DNA from: Rebecca billardiae RCC1528
Lineage: Eukaryota; Protista; Haptophyta
Assembly: GCA_965240325.2 (NCBI GenBank)
Contig: OZ251230.1
Coordinates: forward strand, 2,542,001-2,606,000
Length of the DNA: 64,000 nt
Reading direction: 5' to 3'
Numbering within the stretch: the stretch's first letter is position 1; every line of letters starts with the position of its first letter. Below, in pieces: positions 44,038-56,072 of the stretch. The notes beneath the pieces are model-generated. The model was given only the letters and a program-made list of their open reading frames with translations. It was not told the DNA's origin and did not search any database. The position numbers were made by a program, and so were the translations under genes.

Positions 44038-46874
44038 CTACCCAGCCCCGCTACCGTCGCGCGCGACATCCGCGCCGTAAATCACCGTCACCGAGCGGTC
44101 CGGCGAGCGCGCCGCCATCAATTTGCTCCTGAGTGCCGAAAACTCCTTCTCCGGAAGCCCAGCCTCCTCGCGCAGGAGCTTGCGCGCCGTCATGCACTCC
44201 GCGATCAGGTCGATCGCGTCGGTCTCCGCCCTGCGCTGCCATTCGCGCTGCCGCTTGGCGTACTTCTTCAGCCAGAGCCGCCGCACCTTGTCGCCGAACT
44301 CCTCTGCCCACGTCGCAAGCGACACGCGGCGCACGAGCTGCGCGACCGTCGAGATGTGCGGCTCCGCCGTCGACTTCTTCCCCTCGGCGTACTCGCGGAC
44401 GAATGAGTCGAGTGACTTGCGCGCGTGCACGAGCGGCATCGCACGCTTGGTCACCTGCACGAAATGCCCCTGCACCTGCTCGTCCGCGAGCTGCACGAGG
44501 CGCCCCCGCCGCCTGAGGCGAGACGCCGTCTGCGCCCGCCTCCGTGACCGCCCAGACGTTGAAGCGGAGCGGTGGGACGTTGTGCGAGCCCTGGCCGGCG
44601 AGGCTGGCGAGGCTGACGTAAGCGCCGGTGCACGCCACGATGGCCTTCTGCTCCTCCGCGTAGTCGGCCGCCTCGGCGCCGCCGCCAAAACCGCCGCCGG
44701 CCGCGCTGCCGCCTGCCGAGGCAGTGCTGCCACCGAGGCCGCGCTGCTGCGCGCCGCCGCCGGCCGCGCCGCCGCCGGCCGCGCCGCCACCAGCCGCACC
44801 ACCACCCGCACTGTCAGCCGCGCGGCTGGCCGCGCCACATGCCGCGCCACCGGCCACGCGGACGCCAGCACCGGCTGTGCCGCTAGCCACGCCGCTGCCA
44901 CTGCCGGCCGCGCCGCCCACGCCGCCGCCCGCGCCCGCGCCCGCGCCCACGTTGCCAGCCGCGCCCCCGGCCGCGCCCCCGGCCGCGCCGCCGGCCGCGC
45001 CACCGGCCGCGCGGACGCCAGCGCCAGCGGTGCCGCCAGCCACGCAGCTGCCGCTGCTGCTGCCACCAGTGCTGCTGCTGCCGCCCGCACCGGCCGCGCC
45101 GCCGCCGGCCGCGCCACCGCCGGCCGCGCCGCCGCCGGCCGCGCCGCCGCCGGCCGCGCCGCCGCCGGCCGCGCGATCGCGAGCGCTGTCAGCCGCGCCG
45201 CTGTCCGCGCCGCCGGCCGCACCTCCGGCCGCTCCTCCAGCCGCACGGACGCCAACGCCAGCTGTGCCGCCAGCCACGCCACTGCAGCTGCCGCCCGCGC
45301 CGCCCGCGCCGCCGCCAGCACCCGCGCCCGCGTTGCCAGCCGCGCCGCCGGCCGCGTCCGGCCGCGTCGCCGGGCGCACCGCCGCCTGGCGCGCAGTTGT
45401 CGGGCGTGCCGCCGTCGGGCGCGCCGCCACCGGGCCCGCCATCGCCCGCGCTGTCAGCCGCGCCGCCGGCCGCGCCGCAGGCCGCGCCACCGGCCGCGCG
45501 GACGCCAACGCCGGCTGTGTCGCCAGTCACGCCGCTGTCGCTGCAGCTGCCGCCGCTGCTGCCGGCCGCGCCGGCCGCGCGCGGCCGCGCCGCCGGCCGC
45601 GCCGCCGCCGGCAGTGCCGCCGCCGGCCGCGCCACCGCCCGCGCTGTCAGCCGCGCCGCTGGCCGCGCCGCCGGCCGCGCCACCGGCCGCACGGACGCCA
45701 GCGCCGACTGTGCCGCCAGCCACGCCGCTGCCGCTGCCGCTCGCGCCGGCCGCGCCGCCGCCCGTGCCCGCGGACGCGCCCGCGTTGCCAGCCGCGCCGC
45801 CCGCCGCGCCGCCGGCCGCGCCGCCGACCGCGCAACCGGCCGCGCGGACTCCAGCGCCGGCGGCACCGCCAGCTACGCCGCTACCGCTGCCGCTGCCGCC
45901 GCTGCCGCCGGCCGCGCCGCCGGCCGCGTCGCCGGCCGCGCCGCCTGCAGCGCCGCCAGCCGCGCCGCCCTGCCGCGCTGGCCACGTGCAGCGGCGGCAG
46001 CTGGCGGCGCCGGTCGCGGTGGGAGCCGGCCGCTCCGGATCACGTCATTGATCCCGTCGGCGTCCGCACTCCATAGCTCGGGCATGTCCGAGTCCGGCCG
46101 CTCCGAGATGGCGATCGCCTCCGACGACGCGAGCGCAACACCCTCATAGTTGCGCACGATGGCGATCGTGGCCGCGCGCGAGTGCGCTGCGTTTGGCCCG
46201 TGTCCGCCGAGAGGAGGAGGACATGCGGCTGCCCGCGCGGGCGCGCGGACTTGCCGTAGTGCTCCAAGCGATCCAGCACGGCGCCCACGGCCTGCGCCCA
46301 CGGCCGCGCCGCCGACTCGCTGCCGATCATCATCACGCCCGCGCCCGCGTGCTCGCGATTGCGCAGCGCGCTCTCACGTGAGCCAGCCACCGGCGGCGGG
46401 ATCGGGTGGCGCATGCCCAGGTTGAGCCACGTCGAGAACTCTCGGGCTGGCGCGAGCCCACGATGCTCAGTGTGCGGTCCTTCTCGCGCGCCTAGTGCAC
46501 GACGCCCTCGTCGTCGAGCGAGGTGAAGGCATGCAAGACGAGCGCGTCTCACGAGAAGAGCCGCAGCTTGGCTACACGCAGCAGGTTGTTCTTCTTCCGC
46601 TGGGCCTTGATGGCGACGAGGCTGTTGACGCTGCGCTTGACCTCCGCCAGGTAGTTCTCGTTCGGCATGATCGAGTGGTCCACCTCGCTCGCGGCCTCGC
46701 GCGCGCGCAGCTTGAGCATCTCGTGCGGCTGAGCGCCGCGGCCATGCGCAGCCATGCAGATGCGGCAGAGACGTGGCGCCCGATGCGTTAGGCACCTTTG
46801 CGATGCAGCTTGGGCTTCCTAGGCTTCGCGCAGGAACGCTTGCCCTTGCCCACGGTGAGCACAGCCGTCGCCAT
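44038..46874 (-). pseudogene. Fanzor/TnpB-like RuvC nuclease pseudogene (stops, frameshifts, C-terminally truncated)
   Basis: RuvC-I-like HVLLLSADTG (~46195-46225); LATWAEEFGDKVRRLWLKKYAKRQR (bridge-helix-like region); VTVIYGA..RDGSG strand. The downstream VDE..TS, Zn-finger and RD motifs are absent. Confidence 0.62.
44660..46010. repeat. GC-rich minisatellite (~6 units of 150-250 bp) encoding Ala/Gly-rich sequence
   Basis: Recurring ggccgc(a/g)cggacgcca..gccggctgtgccgccagccacgcc near 44860, 45012, 45247, 45499, 45692 and 45845. Confidence 0.85.
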
Positions 46875-47455
46875 TGCTGCGCGCGGCGAGCGCGGTCCGC
46901 GCGGCCGTGCCGGGCGCAGCCGCAGCAAGTTAGTCTGATGCAAATTCCCGGTCACCCATGCAAAAGTAAGCGTTCCCGCTGCGCATGTGCGTGCATCACG
47001 AGTAACCCGCCGCCTGAATAACAACTCCGCGCCCCTCCATACACTTCCTGCATCCCCGCGCGCAGCGGCGTGCGGGCGGGCGCGAATTCGCACCGTGTTA
47101 CGAACAGACCTAGCAAAGTAGATCGGTGTGGCGCGTCGGGACGCGGAGCGGGTGCGGGGCAGGCGGGGGATAGGTTGGGGAACACCCGCGATTAGAGCAC
47201 CGGTGGCGCAGCGGCGACGTGGACGCCGCCACACGCGCACGCACGGCGCGCGCTCGCACCGCGAGTCGAACGTCCGCTCGCCAAGCCCTGCGACGGCGTC
47301 CGTGCGACGCCGAGCGACGAACGCTCTCGGGATTTGGCCCGGACCACCAGATTCAGCCGTTAACGGCCGAAAATTCAAACTCTGCCCTGGCGGGCGGGGG
47401 GGTCGGCGGGCCGTGCCAGTGCTGTCGCAATATTTCCCCAGCGGGTTCGCGTCTT

Positions 47456-48016
47456 TTAGCGGATTGACGGGCAGGATGACAGATCGTGTGTCGCGAGGAT
47501 GCCAATGTCCGCTCCGGGCACGATGGGCTCGGCGAAGGTCGCGTCGGCGTCGTGCACGGCCGCCACGCTGCGCAACAGCGCGTCCAGGTCCAAGCGCTCG
47601 TCGGCGCTCGCCGCTCCGCGCGACAGGTCCGGCACTCGCACGTTCGGCGGTATCAGGAGCTCTCGGTGGTGCGCGCGCGCGCAGTGCGAGAGCGTGTGCC
47701 ACTCGCGATCGAGGGTGGGCACGCGCTGTTCGAGCAGGCACAGGAAGCGCAGCGCATGCGCCACTGGCTTCACGACGTTGGCCTCGTCCCGCAGCGTCCG
47801 TGCCATGGACAAGGATGGTGCGGCGATCTTGCACGCGCGACGTTTCAGCTCGTCGCGAATGCGCACCTGGGATCGGTTATAGCGCGCTGTCGCCTCAATC
47901 GCCGATTCGCGAAGACGCGATTCCGGCCACGGCGGCAGAACCGGCAGGTGCGTGCGGTGCGCCTCGTACGCCGCTTCGCGCTGCGCCTCCGTCGCACTGG
48001 CCACCGTCGACGCCAT
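47456..48016 (-). pseudogene. Element-borne ORF of unknown function, possibly a Fanzor N-terminal part, apparently cut at ~47490
   Basis: Good coding composition (MASTVASATEAQREAAYEAH...HALRFLCLLEQRVPTLDREW); lies inside the TIRs on the same strand as the nuclease remnant. Confidence 0.45.
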
Positions 48017-49139
48017 GCAGGCTGGACGTGGGCCCTCAGGCGCCGAACGATCTTTGGTCGCGAGCTCGCGAGCGTGAAAGATGATCGCTCGCGCTCTGGA
48101 AAACCACCGATCGTAGCAAACGGATTTGCATGCGCCCGACCTTGCCAACCGGGGCACGCGACAGTCCGGTGTGTGGATTCCGGTTATGGTGTTCAGAAGG
48201 CCGCGCCAAAGCTTGCGTCGCGTGCGATGGCGCTTCCCGCCCGCGAGACGCCTCGTGATGAATGCGTTTCCGCACCGAGCCCGACGCGCGACGGTGGATC
48301 GCGCGAGGCGGCCATCGTGCGCAGCGCATGATGCTATGGCCGGTGCGAGCTTTCGACGTGCACGTCGGGCGAGGATCACCCCAGGTCGCACGATCGTGTC
48401 GACGCGCCGAGCGTACCGCTCCAAACGCGTCGATTTAGCCCCCGTTCGACCTGCACGCGAGACGACGAGGGCAGCAATCGCGAATCGGGCGAAAACCCCC
48501 CTCGGGAGTCTCCGCGCGATATCCACGCCGGCGTTGGATTCGGCGCGCGCGGCCCATGCGCTCCGCGCCATCCAGGACTCTCTTTCGGCCGAGCGTCCCC
48601 AGTGGGAGCTGCGAGGGCGCCCGGTAGTGAGCGAAGCGACCCGGCAGTGAGCGAGGCGATTTTCTTTTCTTTGCGAGGCGATTTTCTTTTTTCATTTTCT
48701 TTTTCTTATCTTTTTCCCGGGCACTACAAGGGGCGGACCTACGGCCCGCCATTTGTTGGAGTTTCCTTAACGGCCGCTTTAAAAAAGAAATCGTTGCTGT
48801 GACACATCATCAGCTCCTGTCCGTGTGACGGCGCGGCGCCGGCACCGTCGGACTACTGTCTACTCACTCTCAGTATATCGTCTACGGCCGAGTCTACGAC
48901 CGTGATGTTGCTATAGCGCTATATGCTGAGGGCCCGGACGCGAATGATGACGAGTGAATAGTGCGTGCGATGCCGAGTCGGCTGACAGTAGCGCTCGTCG
49001 TAGGCGCGACTGGCGAAGCTGATGCGGCGAACGGACCAGCGGCGCCGCCGCGGCCGGCTGGCTCATGACGAACGGGCCGAAGTAGCCGACGATGGCTGTT
49101 GCTTCGCCTCACTCATGCCCCAGCCATCGGCGATCGTCG

Positions 49140-52100
49140 TCACGCGCTGACGAGCTCGTCGCTGCTCACCTTTGTCGGCGGCCGCGGGGCCGGCTCCACC
49201 CCAGCGGGCTCGTCGGCGGCCGGCGGTGGCACGCCGCTCGTGCGCTGGGGCGAGCCGGCCTCGGAGGCGGCGGTGCCGGTGATGTGCAGCAGCGTGGCCG
49301 ACGAGCTGCCCGCGCCGCCGCCGGGCTGCCACAGTCGGAACGAGGCGCCGCGGCCATTGGCTGAGAGCGCGGCCGGCGGCGGCGGCGCGCCGTGACTCCT
49401 GCCCCCGTGTGCAGGCTGCGCCTCCGGCTCGGACGCGCCCGCGCCACGCAACCCGCAGAGCCCGCGCGCCGGCATCAGCGTGTGCCGGCGCTTTGGGCCG
49501 TCGCCGCCGCCGCCGCCGTCGGCGCTCGCGCGCGCGCTGCCCGCAGGGGCCGCCGAGCGCCGAGCGTCCGCGACACTCACCGCAGGTACGCTACTCGCGC
49601 GCTGCGTCCGGCGCGCCGCCCCCGGCGGCGCCGCCGCCGACGGCGGCGGCGGCACGTGCAGCTCAGCGGCTGCCACCAGCTCCGGCTCGCGCTCGCGCAG
49701 CTCGCGGATCTCGACGGCGAGCGCCGAGCGGCGCACCGAGTCGCGGCGGCGCGAGCGCTCGAGCAGCGCGAGCGGGAGCGTGAACGCAAACGAGACGCGG
49801 CGCTCCGCAGGCTGCACGGCCACGGCGGCGGTGGCGGCGCGCGCGTTGGGCGCGGCGCTGTCAGGCGAGCTGCCGACGCCGAGGTGCGCGCGCGCCGCGC
49901 CCCGGTGCGGCGAGGGCATCGGGCCCTGCGGCTTGGACTCGCGGTCCTCCTCGGCCCCGGTGGCGCCGTTAGCCCCGGTGGCGGCGTCGGGCGGCGCGGC
50001 GCCGCCGTTTTGGGGCGCGGCGGCGCCGCTCGGAGTGGCGGCGCCGCTTGGGGCGGCGGCGCCGGTGGGAGTGGCGGCGCCGCTGGGGGTGGCGGCGCCG
50101 TGCGCGCGCGTCGGCCCGCCCCCCGGCGGCGGGGGCAACGCGCGCAGCGACTGCGCCGCGCCGGCCACGCCCGCCTGCTCGAGTGGCGAGGCCCGGCGGG
50201 CGGGCGCGGCCGGCGGCGCACACGCGGGCGACGCGCGCCGCCCGCCGAGCGGCTGCGACACGGCCGCAGCGGGCGGCTGCGGCTGCGCCAAGAAGGCAGG
50301 AGGAGGCTCCTCGCCGTCGGTGGAGGAGCGCGAGGAGCGCAGCGCGGAGTGCGCCGCCGCCGCGTGCGGAGACGCGCGACCGCTCGGCGCGGGCGGCAGC
50401 GCCGTACCCGCCGCCGCCGCGGCCGCCGCGGCGGGCGCGGCGGCGGGCGCGGCCGCCGCACGCTGCCAGCCGCCGCCCGGCTCAGCCATGCCCGCGGGCC
50501 CGCTGCCGCCCGGCTCAGCCTGGCGCGCGGCCGCGGGCATGGCTCCGAGCATGCGCGCGCTGAAAGCGGGCGAGCCCGTGCGCGGCGTGCCGCTGAAGGG
50601 CGGCGAGGCGCACGCAGAGGACGCGCGCGAGAAGGCGGCCAGGCTCTCGCGCACGCTCATGCGCTGCTGCTGCGCCTCCCGCCGCTCCTCCCGCTCCGCA
50701 ATCTCCTCAGCGACCCTCGCCTCCGCCGCCGCGTCGTGGCAGCCGTGCCGCGCGAGCTGCGCCACGACTGCCGCGGCGGCTGCGCCGAGGTCGATGCCGC
50801 CGCCGCCACCGTGGCGCGAGGCGCGGAGCGACGCTCGTCGTGAGCCGTGATGCGAGCCCGCCTCGGCCGCGCCATGCCCGTTCGCGCGCGCCGCCGCGCG
50901 CGACTCGGCCGACGCGCCGCGCGAGCGAGGCCCGCCGCACCCGCCCTCGCCCCGCTCGCCGCCCGCGCCCTCCTCCTGCCCCGCGCCGCCGCCGCCGCTC
51001 GGGCTGAGGCCGCGCAGCCCCAGCGGCGTGAACAGCTCGTCCAGCTGCCCCTCCATGCGCACGAGGTCGTCGTCCTCGTCCTGCGGGTTAGGGTTAGGGT
51101 GGTTAGGGTTAGGGTGGTTAGGGTTAGGGTTAGGCGGCGCGCGCGGCGAGCGCGGCGCGCTTGGGAGGTACGTGAGCGCGCGCGGCCGGCGGCGCGCGGC
51201 CGGCAGCGCAGCAGCAGACGGACACCCCCTCTCCCTCTCGGAGCGAGTCTCGGCGGCCCACAAGCGCATGCCGGCCGGCCCACATTCGCATGCCGGCCGG
51301 CCCGATAGCGCATGCGGGCGCGCTTGCGCACAAGCGCATGCCAGCCGGCCCGAAAGTGCATGCCGGCGCACTTGCGCACACCTCCAAGTCGTCGATCCGA
51401 TCGAAGGAGTAGAACGGGAGCCACGAGACGGGGTTGGGGTCGACGGAGCGCTGCGCCGCCTCGCTCTCCGTCGGCTGGTGCACCGAGCCGCGCACCACCA
51501 GCCAGTACAACTGCGGGGCGCACGCGGGGGCCCCGCCCGGAATGGCGGCGGCGCGCGAGCGACCGTGAGCAGTGCACTGGCTGCGGGCGCGCGCGCGCGG
51601 CGCGGCGGCGCAGCGGCGCGGTGCGGCGAGGGGCGGCGCGCGGGCGCACCGGCGAGACTTTGCCGTCGCGGCTGCTCATCGCGCACACGTGCGTGGGCGA
51701 GCCCGGCGGGTGCCTGCGCAGCCACAGCAGCTTGTCATTATTATAGAAGAGCAGGAAAAAGGGCAATTGGTACCCCACCCACGCGACCAGAGAGAACAAC
51801 TGGAAGCCGACCGTCTGCCACGAGATGGCGTAGATCGAGGCGACGCGCTCGCCGGCGAAGGTGCCGCCGACGGAGGCGAGGATGCCGATCACGAGCCACA
51901 GCACGTTCAGCGAGAGGATGATCAGCAGCGTCAGCTTCCCCGCGTTCATCACGCAGCGCCGCCGCATCCGGCCGGTCGGCGTGTCGTCGTAGTGAACGCA
52001 GCGGCAGACGGCGATCTCGCGCAGCCCGACCTCGTACAGCACGATGAGGAGCGAGGCGAGGGAGTAGCGCCAGATCCAGTGCACTGGCAGGATCTGCGTG

Positions 52101-52864
52101 TTCTCCTTGAACAGCGACGCCAGCAGGAACGCCTGTGGCGGCGCGCGCGCGCGCGCGCCGCGCGCGCGTCGGCCCCGCGCGCCGCCCTGCGCGGCGGCGC
52201 CGATCGCCCGGCGCGCGCGCGCGCACCCAGGGGAAGATGCAGAGCAGGAAGACGACGCGCTCGCGCCGCGTGAACGGGTTGAGCGGGTGCTGCGCGACGA
52301 TCGAGAGCACGTAGTGGTGGTTGAGGATGTACGCCCGGAAGTTGCACCACACCGTGCCGTCCGTGCCGGCATACCCATACGTGCGGCCCTCGAGGAGAAG
52401 GAAGATCATGTCGCGGTCCATCTGCGAGGGCGGGCGCACGCACGCGCGCGGGGGCGCGCGGCGCGTGAGGCGTGCGAAGGGGCAGAAAGCCGCGTCCGCG
52501 GGGCGAGGCCGCCGCGCGCCGCCAGCACCTGCCGCAGCGTCATCGGCAGTCCGTGCAGCCGGTGCGCGATGCGCACGGCCTGGTTGGCGAAGACGGGCTC
52601 GGTGCCGTCCTCGTCGTACTCGTCGGCGAGGCGACTGACCTGCCTCCCGTGCCGCGCCGAGCCGCCCGCCGCGCTGCCGCCCGACTCCGAGGCGACGCGC
52701 GACTCGTTGCGGTCGACCATCCACCATGGCACCTCGGCCGCCGCCTCGTCCGCAAAGCGCACGTCGACCGAGTCGAGCGCCACGGCCGGGCTCTCCGCCT
52801 CGGCCGGGTGTTCGGACGGCGCGTGCGAGGACGCGCCCGCCGGCGCGCCCGCGTGCTCGGCCAT
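49140..52864 (-). CDS. Polytopic membrane protein (HP..PFTR.ER family) with long disordered C-terminus, 5 exons
   Basis: Introns 52422-52528, 52133-52226, 51511-51649 and 51081-51381 give a protein collinear with the paralog at 62563-63972 (FLLLEGRTYGYAGTDGT...NHHYVLSIVAQHPLNPFTRRER...LYWLVV). Confidence 0.8.
51085..51133. repeat. Interstitial telomeric (TTAGGG)n inside an intron
   Basis: gggttagggttagggtggttagggttagggtggttagggttagggttagg. Confidence 0.95.
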
Positions 52865-53657
52865 CGCCGCGCACCCCGCCGCCGGTGGGGACGCGGGCGC
52901 GGCCACACGGGGGCTTGCCACAAACGAGGGCTGCCGCCTGCCGGCCCAGCCTTCCATTTATGTGAGGAATGAGAATCCTGCTCCGTCCGGCCCACCGGTT
53001 CCTGAGCGACCGGACTGGCTGGCCAGCAGGGGCGACACTGCAGCTGGACACTTCGCCCCAGCCGCGCATGGCATCCGTCAATCGCGTCAGCCGGTGGCGT
53101 GTTCAACGGTGCTTGAGCGCATCAGCTGGCGTGCCGGCTGCCTTGCACTGGCCACTTGGCGCATGGCTTCGCGCAGCACGGCCCCACCTGTGCAGCAGCT
53201 GGCGCGCCACCCGATCAGCCCATGGCCGAGCTCTCACGACCGACGCGCTCCGCACTGACTCCGGGGCCCGGTGATTCGGGTGAACACGGTGACCACGGCC
53301 CGGCGCCGGCGGCGGCGCGGAGCTGCCCATTACATACACTGTCGTGCATGCACGCCGACCGCCAGGCGCATCGCCACCGTGCCGCACAGAGCGCGGGTGC
53401 CACGGCCGGGTGGGAATGTGCTGACGCGGCTGGGCCTCCGTGCGGTGCTATAGCACGGGCGGCTGCTCGGCCTCGGGCCGCGCGTCACTCACGTCCGAGG
53501 GCGAGTCCGTCCCCGCGGCGCTGGCGCGGGCCGCGGCGCCCGCGCCGCCCGCCCGGGCGAGCAGCGCGGCCGGGGCGTCATCGGCTCGTCTTCTGCAGCA
53601 TGAATCTGCTGCGCTGATATGAATCTGATGCTCATGCAGGTCCGGGCAGTCCTACTG

Positions 53658-56041
53658 CTACTGCAGCTGCTCAGGCGTGTGCGTGCGACTGCCGACACCA
53701 GCCGCTCCGCCCGGACCGCCCGCCGAGCCCATCGAGCCTCGCGCGCCGCGCAGCCTGCTGCTCCCGCCGGCGCGCGGCTGCGTCGCCGCTTCCAGCGCAC
53801 TCTCGACCTCGCCCACCTGTGCCAGTGTGCGGCAGGAGGCGTGCGGGCGCGGCGCGGGCACAGCGGAGGCGTGGCGCGGCGGCGCGCGTGAGCACTTACG
53901 CGCCGACGGGGCGGGAGGCGGCGGCCGCCGGGCGCGCACGCGCGGCGCGCACCTGCGTGAGCAGAGCCTCGATGGCGGCGCGCGCCTCGGCCGCCGATTC
54001 GGCGTCGGTGTCGCCGTCGGCCACGGAGACGGTCTGCTCCGCCGCCTCGCCCGCGCCCACGGCCTGGGTTAGGGTTAGGGTTAGGGTTAGGGTTAGGGTT
54101 GGGGTTGGGGTGGGTGCGCGTCGGGGCGGCGGGTCGGGGCGGGCGGCGAGGGCGCACGGCGAGGCGTCGGCGGCGCGCGGAGCCCAGTGGCGCGCACAGA
54201 CCAGCCAAGCGCCCGGTCCGCGCGCGCACAGCCCACGCCGCGCGAGCACACCTGCAGCTGCGCCGTCAGCTCCGCGCGCTGCTGCGCCAGCCAGTCGCGC
54301 GAGCTCGCGGCGGACGCGGGCGGCGGCGGCGAGTTTGGGGCGTGCAGCTCGGCGGCCATGTGTGCGAGGAGCAGGCGGAGCTTGGCCATCTGCAGCCGCG
54401 GCTGCGCGGCGGGGGGGCGCGCGCGGGGGGCGGCGCGCGGCGCGCCGCCGCGGCCAACGCTCAAGTGAGCGCGGCGCAGGGGCGGCGGCGGCGGCGGCGC
54501 GCAGACAGACTGTTTGAAGGCACGGCGGAGTGTGCGGCGGCGCACTTGGGCGGCGGGCGGCGCGTGGGTGCGCGTACCGTGTGTCGCTTGGGCGCGGCGC
54601 TGCCGCCGGCGCTGCCCAGCCCGTCGGGGGAGAGAATGCCGCTGCCTGCGCCCGAGCCGCGCCGCCGCTTTGGGCTCTGGCCGCCGCCGCCGCCGCCGTT
54701 GTCGCTGCCGCCGCCGGCGAGCGCGTCCGCGCCCGGTGCACCCGAGCTGCTCAGCGCGCGCGGCTCGGCGGCCTCGCCCGACGTCACGACGATTGGCGGC
54801 GTGGCCGCGCGAGCGGGCGGCGGGCGCGCGGCCGGGGCGGAGGCCGGCTCGGCCGCGCCCGTGCCCGCCGCGCCGCGCCCGTCCGATGCCGCGTGCGCGC
54901 CCCGTGGCGCGTCCGCGTCCGCGGCCGCCGCGCCGGCCGCAGCCGCGCTCGCGCCGCCGTCGCGGGCGTCTGCTGCGTTGTGCTGCGCGCCATCCTGCTC
55001 GCTCTGAGGGCTCGGGCTGCGCGCGAGCATGCTCAGCTCGTCCATCGAGAAGGGCGCGGTGAAGAGGGGGCCCGGCGACGTCTGCACCGGCACGCCGGCG
55101 GAGGGCGGAGAGCCGAGCGCTGTCGCCACCTCCGCCTCGACAGCGCACTGCGCCGCGTCCGCGGCCGCGGCGGCCGCCTCCGCCTCCGCGCGCGCCGCCG
55201 CCGCCGCCGCCGCCTCCGCCTCCGCCTCCGCCTCGACGGCGGCGTGCGCCGCGTCAGCGGCGGCGGCCACCGCCTCCGCGCGCGCCGCCGCCGCGTCCGC
55301 GCCCGCGCCCGCCTCCGCCCGCCCCCCGCCCTCCGCAGAGTCCGGGCGCGGCCCATCCGAGGAGTCCTGCTGCTCGAGCGCGCGCGGCGGCCAGCACGCG
55401 CACGCGCCGGCGAGCGGCGCGCTGCGCGCGCCCGCGCGCGCGCAGCGCGCGGGCGAGTGCTCGGCGGAGGGCTGGAAGGCCGAGGGCACGGACGACGCCG
55501 CCGCCGAGTCCGCCAGCGGCTGCGCCCCCGGCTCGGCGGGCGTGCCGGCGGGCGTGGGCGGCGCGCACGACGCGGCGCCTGAGTGCGCCCCGGCCGACGC
55601 GGACGCCGACGGGGAGCGAGGCGCCGCGCGCTGGCTGCCGCCGCCGAGCTCGAGCTGGGCGGCGGCGCCCTCGACGAGCTGCTCGGCGGCGGCGGTGGCG
55701 ACGCCCGCCGCCTCGCCGCCGCTCAGCTCGACCGAGTGCACCGACCACTTGGACGACGAGCGCGTGTTGCGCTGCGCGCCACTCAGCGTCGGCACAGCGA
55801 GCGCAGACGCGGCCGCGCCGCCGCCGTACGCTCGCGGGTTGAGTGCGGGCGAGGGCGCGGGCGCGGTGGGAAGCAGCGGCGAGTGCGCGCACTGCACGCC
55901 GCCCTTCGCCGGGCTGCCCGCCGCCGAGCCGAGCGAGGACGAGCTCTGCCCCTGGAGCAGTCCGGACGTCCCGAGTCCGGACGCGCGCTTCAACACGAGA
56001 GGCTGGCACGTCAGCGGCCCGCGCTGCAGGCCGGCCCCGCC

Positions 56042-56072
<31 letters not shown>

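Larger units (their letters stand above)
43879..48801 (-). mobile_element. Non-autonomous TIR DNA transposon (CACAG termini, CMC/EnSpm-like) carrying a degenerate Fanzor-like gene
   Basis: 34-bp TIRs cacagcaacga(c/t)ttcttttttaaagcggccgtta at 43879-43912 and 48768-48801 (33/34 identical); 2-bp flanking duplication AC; no transposase seen. Confidence 0.85.

Noticed and set aside
51085-54111. TTAGGG tracts as a chromosome end or fusion site
   Set aside because: The tracts are short, intronic, in the same orientation, and flanked by continuous exons.
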